A model generated the notes under the pieces. That model made no database searches and was not told the origin of the DNA. It saw only the letters and a list, made by a program, of their open reading frames with translations. The position numbers and the translations under genes were made by a program. From positions 40,176,001-40,240,000 of the forward strand of contig NC_047023.1 of assembly GCF_902652985.1 (NCBI RefSeq): a stretch of DNA of 64,000 nt. Direction: 5' to 3'. Every line of letters starts with the position of its first letter. Position 1 is the first letter of the stretch. The stretch comes from Pecten maximus (taxonomy: Eukaryota). This document shows, one piece after another, positions 38,538 through 53,500 of this stretch.

Positions 38538-41500
38538 GTAAGTCATGTATTTGTCTAACTTGAATGGCAGATTTTTGTCTTTAGCTATCAAAAGTGACTT
38601 TATTTTCTTTTAATGGAAATGGAAAGCCTACATCTATATTGAGTATATTTTGAGATCAGAAATGCGTGTAATTCTTCCCTCGGGAAGTGGCTACTCATAC
38701 ACTACGTTTTAAGCAGAATATTGATCTTATACATTAGTAAAGACAACTGTAAGATATTCCATTTAGATAGCCCTTCTGTTGTCTTTGATAGGTAGCAGGG
38801 TTAATTTGTTTCTCTTAAAATAAAAATAAAGAAACATTTCTAAATAGGTCAAAGTTCACTATTTCCTTGACATCAAACAATATATACAGTGCACACCAGA
38901 CGCATTGAAGTATTGTGAAACATTAGCGCAGTGTATCAAGCCTATTTTTAAGAAAATTATTTACACCATTCTCATACCAAATTATTTTTTTCTAAAGAGG
39001 ATACAAAACGGTCAGGAAATAATAAACTACATGTTTTATGATAATTGGCATCATTCATTTTTGTTATACCAAAATATAAAAATTTGCACTTATTTTGAGA
39101 AAGACTATTTTTCTGTAATACTTAAATAATAAATAAATAAAGAATGAAAACTTACCATGAAAATAGAATAATAAAACAAATACCTTTTTTTCATTTATAA
39201 CATAAGGGGTAGTAACTTCCGCTTGATAACGAAAATTAGTATCCATCTAATATAAATCTATACATAGTTTTCTGTGTTATATGTTCTTATTATTGTTNNN
39301 NNNNNNNNNNNNNNNNNNNNNNNNNNNNNNNNNNNNNNNNNNNNNNNNNNNNNNNNNNNNNNNNNNNNNNNNNNNNNNNNNNNNNNNNNNNNNNNNNNNN
39401 NNNNNNNNNNNNNNNNNNNNNNNNNNNNNNNNNNNNNNNNNNNNNNNNNNNNNNNNNNNNNNNNNNNNNNNNNNNNNNNNNNNNNNNNNNTTCTACGAAT
39501 GACTTAAAAGTACACGGATAAAATGTTTGTCACTAATTACATCAGTTATATAGTGTTTGTTAAGAGAATCTTCATCTCTTACAAATTACATCTATGGAAA
39601 TATACATTGATAGTACCCTTTTGTAAATCATAGTCATGTTAAATTCGACCTATTATGTAAAAATATATCGTAATTCTTTAACACGATACTACAATGGAGC
39701 GCGCGTGACTGAGTAACAACCAATTTATTATTTAATACTCGTAAAATCATTTCTACATCCATCAAAAATACAAATTTAATCGGAGAAATATGGCATTTTT
39801 CTCGACGCGGCGGTTCAATGCGGACTTTAATGTGGAAAGTGGAAAGTATGGTTAACTTAGTTATAACTGAAGACAAAAAGTCACTGAGCAGTGTTAGGTT
39901 GCTTGGTTAGTTGTTTGGTTGTGTTTTCCCCGTTTTTTTTAAATGCATCTTATTGAAAAACATACATATCCACCACTATACGGAAATGTAATGAATGTTA
40001 TGTTTATTGTTCGATAAGGAACTTTTGCCTGAACATTAAATATCGGTAGATTTAACCCCTCTAGGAAACATTTTAAAGAAGTTGATAATGCTTTAAAACC
40101 TTGATTTGATTCTGCATATTACCGGTCAGTATGACGCATAGATATTATATGGTGGTATCACAAGAGAACGTGGATAGAAACATCATTTTCGAGAGGAAAT
40201 CAATCTAAACTACTACTTAAAGTATCAATGTTGCACTGGGCGTGTAGACCCTGACAGTCCGGCTACAGATATGTCCATCAAAATGGACCTCATCGACAAC
40301 CAAATCGCTGAATAAGACATTTGATACAAAGAAAGCAACCGACATTATCTTGATGAAACACAAGTACGTCAGAGAATGTGTGCATTAAAAACAACAACCA
40401 AAACAGTTTGTTCTGTAGTCTCCTACTCTACATGGTAAGAGTCTTTAGATGCTTAATCACCGCTGTGACCTGTTCAGCATATAGTAGTCTACTCTTTTCC
40501 TTTGGGAGGCGAGTTTCGTATCACCGTCCCGAGGGAGTTATGACGCGGTCAGTACACAATAGATAGTGAAACGAGCCTTGTTTTATGGAAATGCGATCAA
40601 AAAGGTCACAGAGTTCCCATCAAGTATTTAGAGGTCATGACCACAAATGGGGCTTGACGTTTGATGGTGTGCACGATCCGTCCCTAGCTTGGGTTTAAAA
40701 TACATGTTTATCATACCAAAAACGATATAAAAGTTTGATTGCAAACCGCCTTGTAAAGTAACAGATATATACTCCGTCTATTTATATCCCCAGAGGTCAT
40801 TACCAGATCTAAATTTAAACATCGTCCATTACCCATACTTCACTGTTGCTGCATTGCATCTGGTACATATTTTATGATAATGTTAGAAATTACTAGTCTG
40901 GTGCTCCCAGAGATAGTAGCTCTGATTGCTGGACTGGGAATATTCTAGTTCTCTGTATATCAATGATGTTTTCAGGTCTTGCCATTGTTTTACCATCCTT
41001 TGTTGAGAATGAGTATGCTCTCCAGTAATTTTTTTTTTTTTTTTTTTTATACATGTATATTTAAACTAAAAAAACCGTCGTTTTGTTAGATTTAAAATGC
41101 CGTACGCATCAAACTTTGTGAATTGTATTTAAACAATGGTAATAATCATACATAACATTCGTAACAATATCTAAAATGTAGTACGGTAGAGTTTATGGTC
41201 TAGAAATTCACTTTTGCGCAGGATGATACATAGCAAAAAAAAATCAGGGAAATACCAATGTGCTTCCGGGAAACTGCCTTTTTCTGTAAAGAATATGACA
41301 TTTAATTAAAAACTTTATGGACAATTTCATGTAGGAAAACCTTCCATCGAAAATAAATGTCAGAGACTTCCTTCAGTCTCCATGTGTTAGTAGTAAGTCA
41401 AGACGGCAGTGATTATCTTCTGGACATTCGCTATTACGTAGTATATGGTTTTTTTTTTTTTTTTTTTTTGTTGTGGAATTCATAGTTTTTTATTCAGTAT

Positions 41501-44500
41501 TTTTTTTTCTTTTTCTTTTAACTTTTTTTTATTTTTAAATACATTTTTAATATATAAATACGTAAGAACCACACACACAAACACACATCAATTCCATCTT
41601 CACTATCATCATTATAACATGTATGTACAATGTATATGTAGATAATCTTATTCAAAGTATGGTTCTTATTCACAAAAACAACAGAGAATACCGACATTTT
41701 GAGGAATATTGTAGCATGCAGATGTGTCAAAGTGTGTTTATAGATCTTAGTGAAATAAAATATCGATTATTCTGTTTTTCTTGAAATGATGTATATGTAA
41801 CGAAATAGCATTTCTTAACTTCCGTCATTTATCAAAATTAACAGACCACCCATCAAATGAATTAGTAAAGAGATATAATCAACCAGAATGGTATATTTTG
41901 GAGAGAAAACCAACCACAAAGAAATGTGATGACTAAATCAAGTTAATAATATAGTAACCATATTCAACGACTGTTCCACGGAGTCAATGGGATATACCAA
42001 ACCTACAACTGTTTCACGAAATCAAATGGATATACCAAGTCTACAGCTGTTCTACGGAATAAATAGGATATACCAAACCTACAGCTGTTCTACGGAATCG
42101 ATTGGATATACCAAACCTACAACTGTTCTATGGAATCAATCAGATATACCACCCCTACAGCTGTTCTACGGAATCAATTAGATATACCACCCCTACAGCT
42201 GTTCTACGGAATCAATTAGATATACCAAACCTACAACTGTTCTATGGAATCAATTAGATATACCAAACCTACATCTGTTCTACGGAATCAATTAGATATA
42301 CCAAACCTACAACTGTTCTACTAAATCAATTGGATATACCAAACCTACAGCTGTTCTACGGAATCAATTAGATATACCAAACCTACAACTGTTCTATGGA
42401 ATCAATTAGATATACCAAACCTACAACTGTTCTATGGAATCAATTAGATATACCAAACTTACATCTGTTCTACGGAATCAATTAGATATACCAAACCTAC
42501 AACTGTTCTATGGAATCAATTAGATATACCAAACCTACAACTGTTCTATGGAATCAATTAGATATACCAAACCTACAACTGTTCTATGGAATCAATTAGA
42601 TATACCAAACCTACATCTGTTCTACGGAATCAATTAGATATACCAAACCTACAACTGTTCTACGGAATCAATTGGATATACCACCCCTACAGCTGTTCTA
42701 CGGAATCAATTAGATATACCAAACCTACAACTGTTCTACTAAATCAATTGGATATACCAAACCTACAGCTGTTCTACGGAATCAATTAGATATACCAAAC
42801 CTACAACTGTTCTACTAAATCAATTAGATATACCAAACCTACAGCTGTTCTACGGAATCAATTAGATATACCAAACCTACAACTGTTCTACTAAATCAAC
42901 TAGATATACCAAACCTACAGCTGTTTCACGAAATCAAATGGATATACCAAACCTACAGCTGTTCTACGGAATCAATTAGATATACCCAACCTACAGCTGT
43001 TCTACTAAATCAATTAGATATACCAAACCTACAACTGTTCTACTAAATCAATAGGATATACCAAACCTACAGCTGTTTCACGAAATCAATTGGATATACC
43101 AAACCTACAGCTGTTCTACGGAATCAATTAGATATACCAAACCTACAGCTGTTTCACGAAATCAATTGGATATACCAAACCTACAACTGTTCTACGAAAT
43201 CAATTGGATATACCAAACCTACATCTGTTCTACGGAATCAATTAGATATACCAAACCTACATCTGTTCTACGGAATCAATTAGATATACCAAACCTACAA
43301 CTGTTCTACTAAATCAATTGGATATACCAAACCTACAGCTGTTCTACGGAATCAATTAGATATACCAAACCTACAACTGTTCTACTAAATCAATTAGATA
43401 TACCAAACCTACAGCTGTTCTACGGAATCAATTAGATATACCAAACCTACAACTGTTCTACTAAATCAATTAGATATACCAAACCTACAGCTGTTCTACT
43501 AAATCAATTAGATATACCAAACCTACAACTGTTCTACGGAATCAATTGGATATACCAAACCTACAACTGTTTCACGGAATCAATTGGATATACCAAGCCT
43601 ATCGTTGTTGTTCTACGTAATTAGTTGAATCAAGTAAATGTACCGCCGTTCTACTGAATCAATTAAAGTGTTAATGCATCATTATTATCGTCATCCTTCT
43701 CACAACAGGAGATATAGTAGAACATCACTTTGTAAATATATTTTTTACTAAGTATACCAAAACCTCCTCCAAAGCAGAGAAAAAAAAACTAATTTCAAAA
43801 ACGTTTTCTAAGCAAGATACCAATCATGCCAACTTTTCCATTACTTTGAAAACTGTAGCAGAAGATTCTGAGCTTTTGAATAATTTAGATTTTCAACGGG
43901 AACTGACATAGATGGATTGGTCTAAAAACAAGCAATCTGTGTCCGTTTCTGCTCGCTCCTCACATAGCTTATATTATCAGTTTAAACGAACGAATTAGTA
44001 TCTCTTCCTCTATAATAAAAGAATTGACACGACGTATTCATCTAAAGAGCATAATTCAAATGAAGCCGGAAACAACCTACCTTTTTCGATTTTGCTGAAG
44101 CTAGAAAGAATATCCGAAAGACATCTATCAAATCGTTAGATAGATTTAGGAGATACTTAAGTATTCACTCATCCACTCTGGTTTAAGAGAAAATCAGAGT
44201 TGCCATTCAGTATACGATTCTCTTGAGGTTATCAGTTTTATTTAGTTCTTACATGTTTTTGGCTTCATGGTAATTGATTTTTTGTTATAACCTCTAACTT
44301 ACGTTCTTGAATATCCCAAGTACACCCCTGTGTGAATCCGCAGTAGGCCTAGGGCTAAGAGCGGCCAAAACATTGTTACCACGCCATCGAGCTTTTCCAA
44401 AGACAAAGGACGACTTATTGCAAATTGTGTAAAATGTTGTTTTTGATTTTTCGCCACACATTATTCTTGCGATAAAAATAGTACTATTATAACACCACAC

Positions 44501-47500
44501 GCACGTGTTTCACTTAAATAAACGTTCTACAATACTATTACATGTTTAATGTACAGTTATTTACATGTTATGTTTCTATCTTACTTCCTGACACTGGAAA
44601 CACTCAAACTTATGGACTACTTTTTCAAAAAATATGACTCTATCTTACATCTCCACTTTGTCCGCTATCGTGTATGAATCATTCCGTAAAATGTTAGAAA
44701 ATTGATGTAAATCTTAAAACGTTGAGACATCAAGATGAAAAATTGTGCATTAGAAGCGCTTTTTAAGGTGTATTGAAGCTTAGAAGTCTCCATATCTAGT
44801 AGTAAATTTAGAATGATTTCTATCACATTCATCATTTTAAAATGAATTTTATACTGATCCAGATATGCCCCGCAGTCTGCCCTGATTGCAGATAAGTGTA
44901 CAGATCACATGACCAATGCTGTGGTCTATCATCTTTAGCGAATGGGTGGCTGGAGGAAGAGTGGGTTTTATTTGTTTTGTTTCTCGTTAATATGTCCATC
45001 GGTATCTGCGTTTAAAAATGCTTTCATTTCAAAAATTATTTTTGTAAGTGCTTGCTCCAGATAACCAAAATTATCAAACATTAATCACGTGTTCTTATGA
45101 TCCACTTTAAAGTTATATATATATATATATATATATATACAATAAGGTAAGTAAAGCTAAGTTAAGTTTATTACCGATACACCGGAATCAAATAAACACC
45201 ATTAATAAGAATTAGATAAATTATTTTGACAACGATTTCTACAGAATTTCTCATTCATTATTATCTCAAACTATAAGGAATCAACAATACAGATACAATG
45301 GGCATTGTATATAGATTTAAAGCTTGTCTGGCTGAGGTAATCCCTTGCCTTACTACTAACAATATCTTAACTACCAGAACAACATTTCATGGCGTCACGG
45401 GAAAGAGGCATCGGGTCAATTTGTTACCATTCTTATATTCCACATCAGTTTGATAGGATTATGTTGTTTTTGGAATGTTTGAAATAAATATCGTCTTCAT
45501 AACAACTATAGCATATGATATTAACAAAACTCGTTACGAATCTGGCACTCTAGATTGCTTGAAATATGAATTCAAAACCAACATGAACAAATATACAGCT
45601 TTAAAGGGAAACTCGTGGTATCGCGATAGTAGAAAGGACACATTTCATTTTTTTTTTATGCCAAACAACATTTTGTTTGTATTCAAAACATGCCCAAATA
45701 AGAAGTGAGGAAAGAGGTAATTTGAATTTGCCCACAGGCATTTTTAAGAGCTTAATCATAAACATTGTAATTGTATATAAAATGATGAGGAGTAATTCTA
45801 ATCTAGTGCCAATATAGACGGTACAACATGTAGGTACTTCAGCACCAAACATTGTATTGCTGATATATCAACATGTGGTGTTTGTTTTTGTTTGTTTGTT
45901 TGTTGTTGTTCTTTTTTTTTTTTATTTTTTTTTTGTATTTTCAACAGTAGTTAAGATAAAGTCTATAAAGATCCTATACAAAGGAAAAAGATTCCTTAAA
46001 GTCACAAGAATTCCAAATTAAATTTAAATATAAAAAAAAAATATTATTCGGATTCGCGTGTTTTCGGTCTGAACTTACCTTTGCTAATCTACGATTAATG
46101 CTTTTTCTAATGATTATCGAAAATACATAACTATTTTACACCTACCTAATTTATGAGTAACTTAAATTTATTACATAACTAATCCATTCCGTAACGCGGC
46201 ATTGTCATAAAAAATCTCAATACACATGTGTACGCACTATTGTGACGTCATCAATTATTGATAACGTCACAATAACCATATGACGTTATACAACTCTCTG
46301 TAGAGATAAACATACATGTACCTTCGGGATTCGCCTCTCTCATAAAGAAATTGAGCTATGAGGTTTGCTTATATTCTTAAAATAATTAATTATTTGCAAT
46401 AATAATTTTACACTACTGGCTATTTCTGACATCTACCTCGTTAAATGCCATTCAGGCTCGAGGCATATAATATCATCGAATTGAATTGAATTGAATTGAA
46501 TTGAATTGAACTCGTTTAATAATTCCACGTGATTCAGACATTCACATAAGATCCCCTGTCTACTAAATATGAGACCTGTAATTATCTTACTGGCGCATAT
46601 GCCTTGAAGACAGATGTATAGTTTACTTGAGACAGGCATAAACAGTTCTTCAAATCTCTGAAAATGTGGCCTATCGTTCCCTGATAAGTCAAATCGTGCT
46701 TTAGCTAAGTCGAGCGTCGACCAGGTCTTTTGTGTATGGGACACGCCAGTTGAGGAATAAGACTCTTATTTCACTATCTACTAATCTGGATAAAACAGGG
46801 AATATATTGGGCTCGGAATATTAGACTGTCAGAGAGACTCCTACTTCCGGTTTCGTTTCCACGTAACTGACGCTAATTTCCGGTTTATTGATTCCGGTGG
46901 CCGTGATCGCGGTTAGATGTCATGTTGTTTGATACCATTATAGAGAACGATTATTAACGAAGTTACAAGCGCCCATTGGTCAATATACCTCTCCAATAAA
47001 CGGTTACCATGACACCACAATCGCCCCATGCCTACGTCTGGACGATCTGAACCACATAGCTCCACGACCTGGCTCTGCGCGCTCATAAAGGAAGATTACG
47101 GCATGTTTTGTCTACAAATGGAGGGTAAATGGGTGACTATGGAATGTGAACCGTCTGACATTATATAATATGGGTAACTGAGAAGCTTGATTACCTTATA
47201 AATTGTTAAATGATCTGCACATACACTCAAGAGTACATGATCAGGTTGAGCTCGATCATCATCCTATACCAAGTGAACGAATGTTGAACAGTCCCTAGTC
47301 CTTGTACTTCTTTGTTTTGTTGTTACAAATGTTACACGTAGACCGATGTTTATTGACATCACAGGATGTAAAAGCGAGTCAATCGTTTTGGTGACAGAGC
47401 CGTGTGTAATACTGTCAATTCTGTAGTTGGTCTAGGATAAATATAATATCTATTATATAGTTATTACTTTGAAAATTATAAACTTGTTTGTTATTGATTT

Positions 47501-50500
47501 GAACTGTAATATTTCCAAACATTTACGAAATTATCAATTCGGCATATCAATTAGCGGCTTTTCCACTTTAGATTAGTTCCTTACACCCCAACTGATATTT
47601 GTGGAAAGAACACACATTGACACAAAACTAGGTCAATTCATCCACAGAATAGCTTACCTATAGTTGTAGAAACAGGTCACATAAACGTGTAGTTGTTGCA
47701 TATGGTATTTCTTTCACTGTCGTTGCTTTTAAAAATAACCAGCTCGAGTGAAAGAAATACTACAGTATATACAACAACCACTCGTTGTGTAACCTCTGTA
47801 TACAACAACCACTCGTTGTGTAACCTCTATATACAACAACCACTCTTTGTGTTACCGCTATATATTTGCAAGCACTGAATAGAGCAGCACTTTATGCTAG
47901 CGATATTTTCACTCAATGTCTCTCGCAACTTTGCAATATCATAATGCCATGCAGCCATGAGATCGGAATTGAACCCACAGTCAATGATCCTTTTATCCTA
48001 TGTTATCAAATGTTCTGCAATGTCATAACGTTCATGATTTTCATTTCACATATTATATTATAGATATGTGATCACTCGTTTATTTTTGAAGTACTTGTTT
48101 TTACACACTCAAATTTAAGCGAATATTCTACTCCAAACAAATCAGCGTCGTGAAAACGCTTCACAATCCTTATCATAGCAAATCAAAGTATGCAAACTAC
48201 AGCTAGCTATTTTGCGAGATATTCCAGGTGTATACGCTATAATAGGTAATCAAGTGCTAAATGTCATAGGAAGTAAATACAAGTACAAAATTTAAAGGCT
48301 CCAAACACGGTCTTTAGTTGTATTAGATCTATATATACTCAATGACACGGTATATAGTTGTATTAGATCTATATATTCTCAATGACACGGTATATAGTTG
48401 TATTAGATATATATATTCTCAATGACACGGTACAATGTATATAGTTGTATTAGAGCTATATATTTTCAATGGCACGGTATATAGTTGTATTAGATCTATA
48501 TATTTTCAATGGCACGATATATAGTTCTTTTAGATCTATATATTCTCAATGACACGGTATACAGTTGTAATATACATTGTATCTATATATTCTCAATGAC
48601 ACAGTATATACATGTAGTTCTATTATTTTTATTAGATATACATATTCTCAATGGCACGGTATATAGTTATATTAGATCTATATATTCTCAATAGCACGGT
48701 ACAGTACATGTATATAGTTGCATTACATCTATATATTCTCCATGGCAGGTTAGCCTTTCGCATTGCATGTAGCACTAAGTAAATAGAGACAAACTATTAA
48801 GTTCATCTGTATATAAGAAACAGCAGGCCGATACGGATCAGTGACCCACTGAAGCTGTAGATCAAACAAAACAATGCTCAATACCGGAGGGATATGAAAC
48901 ATTCGTTTTATGGCTTTTTAGGTCAATATCTCCAACCGAAAATTGTAATACTTTTTCATCTAGTTTTTAATGACTTGGTGATGCAATTATATGATGAGAG
49001 TTATGTATTAGTGTACCTTATCAGACAATACGACCCTAACTTACAGTTTCAATACAAGGCCTTTGATCCTTCCGACGAAACACTTCTGTACCACAGAACA
49101 CATATCTTTTGTATCGTGTGTGACTGGGAAGGGGGAGGGGGTTACTTTATCTTTTTATTGATGTAATTATATTTTTGATATCAATACTTTTTTTGTAAAA
49201 GTGGGTATCTCAGGATTATTTAGTACTTTACAGCATTTGCAAAGGACATGCTCGTTTATACGGACAACCCGGCTGGTCTATTTTCAAACGAATAAGGGTT
49301 CAGGACTAAACCCTTACACATATTGGTGCAGGCCTCAAAAGCAAGAGGTCACAATATCCAGACAATCATATCTTGGTTTTTTATATCATAATTGAGAAAA
49401 ATAATTTCAAACCAGTTAAAAGTTTAGGCGACGAGAACACCAAAGGGTCTTGCACATGCTTGGGCATTGATCTTAAATAACACACTTATACATGTACGTG
49501 CATCCTGCAATCTATCAGGGACAGAGTATTGCAACATTGACGTTACGCTTTGTGGGGGATAAGGTGTTTAGAATCTCTGTGTCATCAGCGACATCGTCAT
49601 GTAAATCTGGGTAATCGGCGACACCCGTCATGCAAATATAGGTCAACTTTAAACAATGTCAGATCCTGGACCAAAGGTAGGGACAAACAACTGCTCTTCA
49701 ATATGATACTGCCTAGTGAGATTCTGATGGCAATATATCTATATAATCTCACTAAATCTATATTTTGCGGTACCGTCATTTTGTGTGACGACATAAAATA
49801 CTGGTCATGTGTATCGTTATTTACAGAAAAAGCCTTTCTATGTCATATCAATTATAAACGTACGGCTGGTGTAGGAAACAGGAATGATACTATCAAGAGA
49901 CGGAAAATTCACAAGAGGAAAAAATTAAGTTGTTTCTGATACACTGCAGTTTTAGTGTCAACATATAGTAGTAGAGGTTCTTGTACACGGAGCACAACCA
50001 ATAAAATGTTTGTGTGGAAGATGACTAAGTGGACCAACCACATTCATGAAGCAAAGGTTACTCGGTACACTTCGTGCAAGCTCTGGAAACATAGTTTAAT
50101 TCCATTCATATGTTCAATAAAACGAAGGATGAATACAATTATTATTGTAATGTTCTGTCTATCTATCGTGTCAGATCTATCTTAACACCCAATTCTCTAT
50201 CACAGCCGCAATATGACAGTCATCTGTAGCCACATAAATAAAGCTTTACCATAAAAGGTATTGCTAACGGATATGTGTACTTGACACAACCTCTAGAGCC
50301 TTCTATGTTCATAGACAGCTGGAACTGAACGACTCCACCAAACCACTTTACCATTAAGGAATCTAAATAGTCTGCTCTGTTACACAACTGTTGTTATGTC
50401 ACAGAATCAAAAACACGAGCTGCTAGAGTGTCACATCCCAATGGTTTAACACTTTTATTACTGTTCTGAAAATCATTTAAAATGTACGTATGGAAGAATA

Positions 50501-53500
50501 TTTATGCTTGAAGGTTGTTTTAGCTGTCATGGCAATATAACCAAACCAAAAGCACAAGCAATTAATTTTAAATTTCTGCGTTATGTAATATGAATTTATA
50601 ACACAACTTAAGATCAATATTTCAGCGAGTTTCAAAATTTCTATACAAAGCGTCCATTGTTTTCAAATTAGTTTTTAACTGAATAATCCATCTAATTTCA
50701 AAAGTAACTTAAACATTTCCATTTGCTCTGTTGTTATTTTTATACAACCTTATCAAACAAGAGCGCGATCAGATTATATTCTCCAATGATTCCTCCCATT
50801 GTAGTAGTGAAGAACAATGTTCGTCAAGTCCTCACCAAATGACGTTGTTTTCTTTTAACGTCACTGCATTATGTGTAGTTTAACGTGCTATAATAAGACC
50901 CGATTGATCAATGAAACTCACAAAAAAATATATACTTAATGTTGTAAAAAAGTTGAATACCCTCACGATGGAATGTATTGATAGAAATATTGAAATTGAA
51001 TTAATGGTTTTATGTTTATTTCAACGGTCGCATGTAGACGTGACGTATCCCATTGACAACGCGATTTTTTTTATTTTTTTATTTTTTTGGAATGCGATTA
51101 CACCATTACAGGTTGACTATAAGAAATATAGATATTAGGTCTTAATCTGCCTTCTTTTGAAAGTTATTGCGCGTTATTCAATTATCTGAAAACCTTTGAG
51201 AATTTTAGAACAATAACTTTCCCAGTTTAACGGTTTGAAGCCTTTATTACTTATTTTTATTGATGTTCCTAACAAGTTACACCTTTTCAGAAAATATTGT
51301 TTTTCCGATCATGTTCTCTAGTAAATGTGGTTTTACTTTGATTGTTTTCCCATCAAGTGTATCAATTCCTGGTATATTTTGTCTCCACATGTGCCCGTTA
51401 GCTAAGTCCGTTACTAATCTTCTTCACAGCAGGTTATCTTAGATGGAATTATATATCAATTTCATGCTATGTATAAACAACACTGCCAATTTCTTTGGTC
51501 CTATTTAAAACTCCGTGTTGAATATGGGACTAATTTTGCTTTAATTGTACCTGTTTAAAAAGTAATCTCCCTCTGCATATAAACCTCCTACGAATGACAG
51601 TGTTGAATATTAATTTTACGGTTTATCGATATAAAATGTCCATAATTCCGTCAAGGAAGTAATTTAGATGCCAACTAAAACGACTGCACAGACACAGGAG
51701 GGATATCTATCAATATTAACAACAGACCAAGGGAAGACGAGAGTCTTAAATATGGTATCATCTGAAAACCGTACCCTTTCCTCAGTATTTATGAGAAACT
51801 TTTAATGCAACATGAATTGATGACGCAGGCCGCCTATACAATCATTGTCACTTCATGATACCAAGTACAGTATATATATCTCTTTGGAGTGAATTTCTTT
51901 AAAAATAATATATGATAATTTTTCCATGATTTTTTACCTCAGATATTTTGTTGAAATATTGAATATAAAATCGTGTTGTTTTGGTAATCTCTGGAGGATA
52001 CTCATTAATCTTGTCGTTAACAACAGATTAGCATAAGAATGATGATCTTTATTTCAATTTAGTGTCGATTTTACCAGGAAAAAGATGTATTTTAGACAGG
52101 AATTTACCAATTAATCCAAAAACCTATATATTTTTCTATGATGAGCACATATAGGTCCTGAATCGTGGTTATCTTTTCTTCTTCTCTTCGATGGTCATCT
52201 TGTCTATCTGTCTATCCTTCTCCATTCTACCAGGTATCTCTATCACTCTTCCTTCTATTTATCTGTCATTTCATTTACCATTTAATGATTATCGGTCGTG
52301 GTAACACAAGCATTTGTAAAACGTTTTGAATGGACGGTAAACTGATCTGTATGTTTTTATCAGCCTGTTCCCATTACATATCCCTAGCTCGAATATGATT
52401 GGCTGCAGTTTTGTGTTGTTTCATTCGTGACATCACAACTTTATGCCCTTATAATGACACCGGGAAGTTACAAGCAAGGAAGTAGACAGGAAGTGTTTTC
52501 ATTAATAATGTTTATTTAAAGTTTATCACACAATCTCTTTGTGATGATTAATTCCATTTCAAAGTAGATCGCTTCAATTGGAACTTATATGATATAATAT
52601 AAAATCATTGATATCTAACATAAATCATGATATAAAATTATGTGAATTTGAAGACATATTCTCATGCCCATTGTTCGTGAATTTATTTTTATTTACAATA
52701 TGTGAATGAAGTTCACAACATTGGACTATTATTACCTAATGTTATAAAAACAAATGATTGATATATAATGCCTATAAAGTCCTGTCCACCAGAATATGAA
52801 CGTGTTACCCGTTAGTAAGCTAACAATTCTATTACTGTGATGGCTCTACAAAAATGCTTCCACTGACATTTTGACGATCTAAACTTTCCCAGTAGCATAA
52901 TTCTGGCTGGCAACTGGCGCGTGCACGATCAGATTATTCGCTGCGCACATCGCACATGTTGTATTATATGGTGTGTGCGCACCATGAATTATAAAGCTAT
53001 GGAATCTTCGCGAGATTATTTTTCTTGCTCGTATAAAAAAAATATGGTTTATGACAAACTTTAACATTAACAGCTCTAGATTGAACGTGTCAGCACATTC
53101 GTCTGACAATCAGAACTCGTAATCTTTCTAAAAACTAAATATTAATATTAGTGTTACGATGCAAAGGCCATATTCTTCTCATTTGAAATACTCTGATTAT
53201 TCCGAAGTAACCAAAGCTCGCGTGAATCTCGCCAACGTGTTGTTATACACTATCAGACTATAATCTATCTGACAATTTCGTTTCCGTCGAGGAAATATTG
53301 AGAGTCAAAAGTGACCCTATTGCAACACTTCAAACATAGTTTAGTTTTCCCCCTTCATTTAGTAATTACCAAGGGAACCGTATGTGAAAAGTTGATATTT
53401 TAATAAAGGGTATTTAAAACATGTTCTTATCTGGCATGCATTTTAGTATACTGCTCCCTAAGGTTTTAGATATATGACTATGCTGCTCCCTGAAGGGTTT

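Noticed and set aside
39274-39507. ORFs spanning X residues
   Set aside because: Artefacts of the N gap.
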